Positions 46,956 to 64,000 of a DNA stretch of 64,000 nucleotides are shown piece after piece. This DNA is from Blastocystis sp. Blastoise (taxonomy: Eukaryota; Protista; Bigyra: Opalinata). The notes below the pieces were generated by a model. The model searched no databases. It worked only from the letters and a program-made list of their open reading frames with translations, and was not told where the DNA came from. Position 1 is the stretch's first letter. Every line of letters begins with the position of its first letter. The position numbers and the translations under genes were made by a program. The DNA lies in contig JBBPEB010000026.1 in assembly GCA_039096225.1 (NCBI GenBank), forward strand, positions 62,001 through 126,000, given 5' to 3'.

Positions 46956-48758
46956 CATCATATTCTTCACTATTAATCATAGTTTTTTGTTTTATTTCAG
47001 TTAATAGTACTGTTTTATATATAAATTTTACCTATATATATTATATTATATATATATAATATTAGTATAAAAAAACATAATAAAATCATGAGTTTTTAAT
47101 GTAATAAAAAAAGTTAATAATATTATTTAATTTATATAAATAAATATAGATACAAAGAAATAGCATTGAATAATGAACCATAACCAAAGGGGAATAAATG
47201 CTACAAAAGCAGGGCAATTGATTATTTTATCATATAATAAGGAACTAAAAAGAATAGTTAATACGATAAGAACAGTATTCAGTTTATTTATATTTTCTAT
47301 AATGTCAGTCATTCTAGAAATAATTCTAGATATATATATATATATTATTATAGATATATTAAGAAATATTAAAACAATAGAATAGTATATAGAATAAATT
47401 ATTGTTGAGCATAGTCTATAATATAAATATATACTCTAAAATAAGAGATATTAAATATAATAAATATCCAATAAAGAATGGTATTAATGCTATAGTCATA
47501 TTAAAAAAATGACAATCAAAAGAAAAACACCATGTGAGAGTTGTAAAAGCATAAAACCAAATAGATACTGATTTCAAACTATATATATAATTATTATTAT
47601 TATAAATATAATAATATAAATATAATTATAATTTAATAATTATAATAATAAAAATAATAAAAATAATAATAATAATAATATACATAGATGAAACTACTTT
47701 GATATCAGATTTTGATTCAAAAACTAATAATGAACTTAAAAAATCACGATCTTTATAGAACTTTAAGAATGCAACATAAGTGCATATATTAATATATTGT
47801 ACAATAATAGCAATTATGGCAATCAAAAAAATAGGAAATAAAACAATAAAATAATACCAATTTATAGTATTATCTATTCTTAATCCTAAAATAACTATAG
47901 AGAATAGTAAGGATAATAAAAATCAGTAAGTAATAATAATATAATAGAATAATATATAATATAATATAATAATATAATAATATAATAGAATAATATAATA
48001 TATAACATAAGAATCTAAATAAATAATAATAATGTACATATATACTTAAGAAACCCAAAGTTAGAATAAACATGATTATAAACAATTTCACAACAATTTC
48101 TCCAAATGGAGACAAAAATTTAATTAAATCATGAAGTAACTATAAATAGGATATTATTACATATAACTGATAAATGATATAATTAATTAAAAATATTATA
48201 TTAAGAAACTACTATAAAAATGAAATACTTTCGGTGTTGATAGAGTTTTCCATGGATTTTCAATGAAATTAACAGCTTCCATACCAAACTTTTTAAAACA
48301 AAACTATAAACAAGTAATACATTATTCATTATAATAGATATAAATACCTTTTTAATTGGATTAAATGCAATTTCAAAAGCACTTTCATTAGGAAATTTCT
48401 ATAAAAATAGTCATTGTAAACAAATAAAAAAAGATACATCACTATTTTCAGATTTGTCCTTAGACATCAATCTAGTTTTTATGATATAAGTAATTAAAGC
48501 AACACTTTCCTAGAAGATATAAATTAGAAAACATAAAATAATTACTGTAAAGTTTTCGTTAGGAACACCAATATGTTTTTTATTAGTAGCAGCATCAGGC
48601 TCTGCATTAGGAACATCAGCATGGTTTTCACTAGAAACATCAGCATGGTTTTCATTAGAAGATTCAGTAAGTATTTGACGAAGAGAATCAACAGGTACTT
48701 TACTAGGACCATCAATAGCTCTGTCAAGCAAAGCTGCAAAAAAGTTGTATTCAGCCAT
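46273..48758 (-). CDS. TMEM185/TMEM60-like multi-pass membrane protein
   Basis: Repeated family-like motifs LRIDNTINWYYFIVLFPIF, AFIPLWLWF and SKLDGNTIYITWAII. Introns are GT-AG; stop TAA at 46273. Confidence 0.7.
46507..46624. repeat. Intronic 20-bp minisatellite, ~6 copies (atattaaagaatatatttat)
   Basis: Directly visible perfect 20-bp period. Confidence 0.92.
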
Positions 48759-49970
48759 TTATATTTTATTTATTATATAAAAATAAATATAATTCACAAT
48801 CTATCCAAAAAAAAAGAAAACATCAAAAAATCATCATCTTTTAAAACTTGAACTTCTATGTGTTTTATCCAATATTCTTTGTAATCATATAAATTCGACG
48901 TCATAGCCAACTAAATAATCAGTATTTATTTTCATTCTCCATTAAATCTTATTGAGACAAGATGGCATGACATTTTTAGTAGATTCATAATGAATAAACG
49001 ACTTTTTGCCTAGTTATTGAAAATATTTGGAAACAGCCTTTGCCTTAAGTTATCTATAGAATATAGAGATTGTAATCTATAAGTAAACAAGGAAAAAATC
49101 TAGTATTCATAGAAATAAGAGCATTTCACATTTGTTTTACTTATTTAAAAGAGTTCAAGAACATATTTGTATGAATTTTCATGTTTAGCCTATAACGAAA
49201 GCATATGCATTATGTTAAACCTTGGTTTTTAGATATATTAATCTTTGCAATTCTAATAAATGCGTTTCTTTGTGTTAGAGTATTGTTTTGCGTTTTTCGA
49301 TAGATCAGGCTATTCGAACTTTTTATCATTAATCTCCTGTTTCTATGTAATAAAGAAATGGAAGCCAATATTATTCTAAAAGTCTTCATTTTCATGATTT
49401 TTGAATCCAGTATGAGTGCAGATTCTGTTTGTAGAGTCCTAAAATACACCAATAATATCTAAAGCTTTTTTTATCATGTTTAAAAGCAATAATTAGGGAA
49501 ATCATATACTTTTTTTGAATCTCAAAAGGTGAAAAGAATAGCATGTATACACATTGTCTGAGAGACAACAAAAGTGATTTTATCTATAAAATATATTTGT
49601 GTGTTGAATCATTAAAAAAATTATTTTTTTAATATTTGGCAATTTTTAAACTTAAATAATTTTTTAATAACACAAATTTTTCTCAATATATGATTGATTA
49701 TTATATCTGCTATTCTAAGGAGATGATTATAAATATCTACATAGTATGATTATCTCCATGATCAATAACAAAACATATATATGAATATATACAATAAATA
49801 TATATATCAAGAAAGATGAATATAAGTAATAATAAAAATGTCTAAAAAAAATTAAAAGTCACATAAATTTTATAAAAGAGGAAAAAAAGTGAAAAAAGAA
49901 TAAATTTGAATCAACTAAAGAAATTTAAAATAAATAATATAAAATATAATATATACAATTTGAGAATTAT

Positions 49971-55377
<5,407 letters not shown>

Positions 55378-55863
55378 CTGATTCAATCGTATTATAAATC
55401 AAATTAACTATCAAATAGTATTCTCTTATTAAATATATAGAAGAATATTTCAAAAATATATATGTTAATCAAGTATTGTATCTTTTATTAAGTAATTGAA
55501 CCCTTTTCTAAAATTTAAAAAAGAAAATCACGATTTTTTTTTATAGATTTAACAGAATTCAGATAAATCTGAATTATTCTGAATTTTTATGGAGTCAATT
55601 CACAAACTATTTCATTATTTAAATCCTTATTAAACTGATCTTTATGTACTCAACCATATTATTTATATGTTTATATACTTGATCTGTTGATATTCAATCT
55701 AAAGAAACAAAAAATAAACGAATAAATAATTCTCATGTTTATCATTTCCAAGTGACTGATTTTTCTAGAATCCCAATAAATTACTTCTGTTTTAATTTTT
55801 ATTTTTTGAAAAAGAAATTATTTTCAGTCACAACTTCCCTATTTGTCTATTTACATCATTATA

Positions 55864-56292
55864 ATGGCTTATTTACTTCCTCACCTTCATAATGGATACG
55901 CTGTTGATAGAGCTATTCTAGATGAACAACAAAAGTTAGTATGTGTACGTTTTGGTCATGATTGGGATCCTAATTGTATGCTTATGGATGATTGTTTAGC
56001 TAATATAGCTGAAATAGTCAAAGAATTTGCAGTTATTTATCTTGTTGATATCACAGAAGTCCCTGATTTCAATGTTATGTACGAACTTTATGATCCTGTG
56101 ACTTTGATGTTCTTCCACAGAAATAAACATATGATGATCGATTTAGGTACAGGTAATAACAATAAAATCAATTGGCCTTTACATGATGATGACGATATGA
56201 TTGCCATCATGGAAACTATCTACAGAGGAGCTATTAAAGGAAAGGGTATCGTTATTGCTCCTCGAGATTATTCGACAAAATATAAATATTAG
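55864..56292 (+). CDS. TXNL4A: U5 snRNP protein Dim1/TXNL4A (thioredoxin-like 4A), intronless, 142 aa
   Basis: MAYLLPHLHNG.AVD.AI...RFGHDWDP.CM.MD...YLVDITEVPDFN.MYELYDP...RNKHMMIDLGTGNNNKINW...DYSTKYKY. Confidence 0.98.
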   Translation: MAYLLPHLHNGYAVDRAILDEQQKLVCVRFGHDWDPNCMLMDDCLANIAEIVKEFAVIYLVDITEVPDFNVMYELYDPVTLMFFHRNKHMMIDLGTGNNNKINWPLHDDDDMIAIMETIYRGAIKGKGIVIAPRDYSTKYKY

Positions 56293-56853
56293 TGTGTATG
56301 AGTATTTCCTTATTCATGTGTATACTCTCATCGTATTCTAATATTCATATCATTCAATTATATTTTCTTATTGTTGTTTATTTTTTTTCTGTTCTTGTTT
56401 TTTTGTGTATATCTGTTAATTGGTAATTTATTGTTTTCTTTCTTTTTTTCATACTAATAAATCTTAATTTTCTTTTCTTCATGAACTCATCAACCCAAAC
56501 AATGAAAACAACATAATTCTATGGATCTATTCACCTATAATTCATAAATATTAAGCATTATGACTCTATAACTCTTTGTTTGCTATTGTCATCATCTTTC
56601 GTTTCCTTTCGACGTATTTGATTGGCTGATAGAAACAATGGCTTCTAGAACAGGACAATAAAATGATAGTTTCCTAGAATATAAATAGTGTTCTCTCATA
56701 TTTTCTCAAAAAGTTCCGTGGAAGTTTTAATTCTTTGCCTAAAAACCAATGAATTCTCAAACAGATTATTTTGAAAGACATTCATTCCACATTTTTTTTT
56801 TCATTAAAGAAATCAATTTTTTTATTGACCTATATCAATAATTTGCTGTCAAG

Positions 56854-57297
56854 ATGACTCGTGGTAATCAAAGAGATACTGATCGTTTAAAGGCTATGGC
56901 TAAAAACGCTAAGAAGGGTGGCGATAAAAAAGAAGGAGATGTCAAGAGTAGAAATGAAAGGTATATATTTCATGTTTCATAATATCTAGTGCTGTAATTA
57001 TTTTGTTTGACTTTTTCTTCTGAATTATATACTCATTGAATTATTTAGTGATGCCAATGCTCTTGCTGCTAAGATTGCTAAGAAACAAGCTGCTCTTGCT
57101 GCTGGAATTGATCCGTATGCAGTTATTTTTATTTTTATTTATTTATTGTTTTTTTTATTTTTATTTTTATTTTTATCTATTTATTGTTTTTATTTTTATT
57201 TTTATTTATTTTATTTATTAGCTATCTATAACTCTCAATCTATAGTAAAGAAGCCTTAAAAGGTGATAAAAAACAACAAAATAAAGGAAAGAAGTAA
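56854..57297 (+). CDS. SERF: SERF/4F5 small EDRK-rich factor; 3 exons
   Basis: N-terminus MTRGNQRDTDR...K and RNESDA motif. Introns 56961-57048 and 57115-57245 are GT-AG. Confidence 0.88.
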
Positions 57298-57855
57298 TCA
57301 GTCGCTACTTTTTTTTTAAAGATTATATTACTTTGTAGCTATCTATGATGATAAAGATTCTGTTTCTTATCTAATAATGACTACTTTTTATATTTATCTA
57401 TTTATATGTGCTATTATTACTTGCTTTTTAATATATATTTTTACAAATTATTTGAATTCTACAAAGAATCATTTATTTTCGTTATAGTTTTGTTTTCTTT
57501 TTGCTTTCTTATTTTCTTTCTATTCAACATAGTGATTTCAATACTCTTCCTATACTTCTTTATATAAAATGTTATCATCAAGGTATTTCATTATTTCTTT
57601 TAACTATTATAATATTTTATGTGATGTTGAAACCTAATCCTAAAACAATCTTTAAACACTAAAGAATCTTTTTTATTAGTATTTAGTCGAAAAAAATAAA
57701 ACTGGAGAAGAAGAAATTTTATTGGGAAAGTTTATTTCAATATCAAAAGAAATAGAAATAACCACGAATATATTGTACAGATCAATACAATATATAAATC
57801 ATTCATTTCAAAATATATTATTCTTTTTTATTTCATAGACAGTTGCTTTCAAAGG

Positions 57856-58472
57856 ATGATGTCTAAGAATTTCATATATATAACGATATTTGTTTGTGTA
57901 TTTGGAAGTTTTTATATGGTTGGTCAACTTTGGCTTAATGCTTTAAAGCCGTATTTTATATTTTCATTTTTATACTATTTAGAATCTATTGACTACTGTA
58001 TATGAACTTTTTTTATTTATAGTGCACCAAGATCACAACCTTTAAGAACTCCTGAAATTGTCGAAACAATTAAATATGTTGATAGAATTATTGAAAAACC
58101 AGTTATCCGAGAAATCATCAAAGAAGCTGAACCAATCAAATGTCCTAAAGTAATTGAACCTGAACCTATTAAATGTCCTACTCTTGAAGAACTTCAAGCT
58201 ACTCAACCTGATCTTACGGCTACCACAAATACTTTAGAATTCTTAAATACTATTAATTTCAGTGAAGCTAATTGGTATTTAATATTTTTTATTTTAATTT
58301 TTATTTTTTATTATATAGGAAAGAAACTGCTCAAAAAAGAATAGATTATATTTGGAAAGATAGAAAAGTGTATGCTTATTATTATTGTTATTATATTTAT
58401 TATTATATTTATTTTATTTATTTATATAGTGTTATGCCTTCTAAATATGAATATCCTGAACCTGAGTATATA

Positions 58473-58548
<76 letters not shown>

Positions 58549-59754
58549 AAATAGTCCTGAGAAATCATCAGTAAAAGTATATCAAGATCCTAATGGTTTT
58601 ACTATAGCATTATTTACTAATGTATGTTTTCAAGTTAAGAAATCAGAATTCTTCTTATATGTATCTACTCAAGATGCTTTTAAAGAAATGACTACTAGAA
58701 TTGGACCTAGTATTTATTTATTTATTATATATATATATTATTATTTTTATTAATATTATTGTTATTATTATTATGTTTATTCTTATGTTTATTCGAATAT
58801 ATATATAATTAATATATAATTATTTAAACATTATATTTTTTTATACTATTTTATGTTTTCTTCTTTTCAGCCTTTTTAAGTGGATTTCAGTTCCGTGCTA
58901 AATTGATCCCTTATCCTAATAAGAATGTAATTGATGAAGAAGGTTCTTGGATGATTATTTCTCATTCTCAACGTAATATTGCTCATCTTGCTGAAGCCAT
59001 GAATTATGTTTTACATACAGCTCATTTTCCTAATGAATATCCACCTGTATATATATATATATATATATTATTATTATTATTATTCTATTTATTATTCTAT
59101 TTATTATTTTATTTATAATTATATTTATTATATATTATATTTATTATATATTATATATTATTATATATTATTATATAGATTAAAAAGTTGTTTGTACCTC
59201 GTTTAAAGTTAGGTACTGTATTCCCGTGGATATCTATGTATTTAGAAGTATTAAGAAGTATATATCCTTCTGAATACCAATATGATCAATTATCATTTGC
59301 TGAAGTACAAAAAGTTGCGAAAAGTGGTCTTATTTGCTTCTCTAAACTTGTATATATACTTTATTATATTTATTATTATTATTATATTTATATTTATTAT
59401 ATTTACATTTATTATATTTATATTTTTATTATTATTAATTTTATTTATTAATTTTATTTATTATAATTATTATTATTATTATATATATATCCTCTAGGGT
59501 GCTTCTTCTCGTATAAGCCATGTTAGTTATGGTGGTATATTTACTTCTAGTTCTCAAGTGGATACTTTAAGAGCCTATACATATAAACATTTTGATATAG
59601 ATCCTTCAGGAATATCTCTCTTTCTTCCTATTGTTAGTGTTTTAGAACGTGCTGCTGTTGGCGGTAATTTACCGGGAAGACATATCAGTAATGAACCAGA
59701 ATTAAAGAAATTCTTCTATGCTAAGAGAGTATATATATTATTATATATTATCAA

Positions 59755-59792
<38 letters not shown>

Positions 59793-60296
59793 TTATTATT
59801 ATTATATTTAACATTATCAATATTAACCATAATAATATGTTTATACCCTATTATATCTTCTCTTCTATAGTATCATTATCGTTATAATTCACTTATTCTT
59901 GAGAAATTATCACCAAAAGAACAAGTAGAAGCTGTTATGCGTACAGATATTTTAGTAGGTTCTTTAGGTAGTGGTTTTGTTAATGCTATTTTTATGTTAC
60001 CAGGATCTGTAGTTATTGTTGCTTCTCCTCCTTTTATTGGCGGATTCTTCTTTCATTCTATTGCTGAATATTCTAATATTTGGTATTTACCTATGTATAA
60101 TTATACGTATACTGTACCTCCTGCTTGTGAAGGGAAATTAGGTACTTTTGGAGAAGTCTTAGATGAAAAATGTGGTCAATTATTATATCAAGATAATGTA
60201 TATATTGTTCCAGGTGTTTTAGAAAATTATTTAAAAATATCTGCCGTTCATTTAAAAATACATAAATATCCTAATTATGTTCCTCCTAAAAAATAA
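57856..60296 (+). CDS. Type II membrane glycosyltransferase family 61 (DUF563/EOGT-POMGNT2-like); 9 exons
   Basis: N-terminal signal-anchor and Pro/Glu stem. Motifs NIAHLAEA, RHISNEPEL and LEKLSPKEQVEAVMRTDILVGSLGSGFVNAIFMLPGSVVI. Confidence 0.8.
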
Positions 60297-61909
60297 ATAT
60301 AATATACTTTTTTTTTTATTAATTCATTTTTTATATCTTTCCTTTTTCATATTTATAATATATATATATTGATTTTATAAACATATATATATTTTTTTTT
60401 TTAATTTCTATATATAAAATTTTTATTTTATTCATTTTTTTTTATCAACATTATTATTTTTTTTACTATATGAAAAAATATAGTTATCTTTTCTTTATTT
60501 TTAAATAACTCTCCAATAGTACTTCTCTTTTTTTTCATATATTTATAATTACTTTTTCTTCTATCCCTTACATAAAGTCATTTTTATTATATATCTATAT
60601 GTTACAATTATTTATTATTATGAAATGTTTATAGTTTTTATTTTCTTTTTTGTTATTTGTGTCTTTATGTTGTAGATAAAGAATTACTCTCATTACTATT
60701 ACTATATACTATAATAAAATATCAAAACTATGTCATAAAATAGAAATACTTATTATCTTAAAATATATATCAAAATAATTGATAGACTATAATTTAAAAT
60801 AATAGAAATAATTGAATTATTTAAAATATTCTAATGAATAAAATTGTATGTTGATGAAAATTGTTTTATATAATTATCTATAAATTTTGTTGAATAAAAT
60901 TGTTTATTGATAGAAAAGTGTAGAATATATATAAAATAAAAATGTAAATACTGTTTGAAATAAAAATGAGCATTATTTGAAGTTATTTCTTGTGACTTGA
61001 TAGAAATAATATAATATTCTTTTAGAATGCCTAAGCAAACAAATATATAAACTTGAAAATATATTTATTTTTATATATATAAAGAAAAAATTCATAATAT
61101 AAAAGATAAAATATATAAATATATATATATAATATGAATAGTATATTATAAGAAAAGATGAAATATATATGAATGATTTCTTAATATAGATAAGAGAAGA
61201 AAAGAATTAAAAGTAAATGAATTGAATATATGATTAAATCGATAATATAATATATATAAATATATAAATAAATTAAATTTGTTTTTAATAATAACAAACA
61301 CCAAATGTGAACAAAAAAAAAGAAAACTATCTATAAGAAAAGAATTAATATGTATAGAAAAATATTTAATAATATAGAAGATTATATTATTTTTACAAGA
61401 AAAAAGAAATATTTAGATATATATATATATAAAGAAATAGGATATCAGCAAAATAAAATAAAAAAGAAAATATATAAAATCATATATAAAAAAAAAGTAA
61501 AAATAAAAAGCAAATAAAGAAGAATTGACCATAATATTTATATATATGAAAAGAAAAAGAAAAGAAAAATAATAATAATAATATAATAAAGATAAATATG
61601 TTATGAATCTATACATATATATATATATATATATAAGAAACATAATATGAAAGATAGATACATAAAAAAAGAGAGTGTATGAATTATATATATATATATA
61701 TAATGAAAGAAAGGCTACTAAATAAAAAAATACACAAATTGAAATACATATATAAAAGCACAAATATAAATAAAAAACATAATATATATATATATATAAT
61801 TAAATCTAAAGAGGCATATATAATAACAAATAAATATATATAGATATAAAAATATATAGATCTCTTTATAGAGATGGAATAGAGCATTATGGAACACAAA
61901 TGAATAGTA

Positions 61910-64000
<2,091 letters not shown>

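Noticed and set aside
49100-49452. 80-aa ORF, and an alternate frame whose stops are all TAA/TAG (ciliate-code-like)
   Set aside because: No recognisable motifs, and TAA/TAG stops are expected by chance in AT-rich DNA; at most a decayed remnant.

Overview
Very AT-rich, intron-dense eukaryotic (protist) nuclear DNA. Its gene families (giant PTxx-mucin/F5-8C/Ig surface protein, divergent BTB+LRR paralogs, PHD-containing SCC2, GT61) suggest a stramenopile, most like an AT-rich Blastocystis/opalinate; this is inference only. I spliced the genes by hand and found 14 protein-coding genes: a 5'-partial giant mucin-like protein, a putative glycosyltransferase, TOP1, SHMT with an organellar presequence, a single-TM protein, a DAGL-like lipase, two BTB-like/LRR paralogs, a TMEM185-like protein, a USP deubiquitinase, DIM1/TXNL4A, SERF/4F5, GT61 and a 5'-partial LRR protein. 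There is also a NIPBL/SCC2 pseudogene. Introns are mostly GTATAT...TATAG with (TA)n/(TAT)n tracts. Three observations stand out. (1) Four introns in conserved genes (TOP1, SHMT x2, USP) cannot be GT-AG; they read AT-AG, TT-AG, GT-AA and AT-AG. In each, the deviant base equals the base of the spliced mRNA, so this is either a real non-canonical intron class or a cDNA-overwriting process/artefact. (2) A multi-exon, ORF-less ~300-nt transcript at 35.5-36.1 kb has helices that span its splice junctions, a candidate spliced structured ncRNA. (3) The hexamer GCGGGA/TCCCGC is strongly over-represented, often built from otherwise rare synonymous codons.
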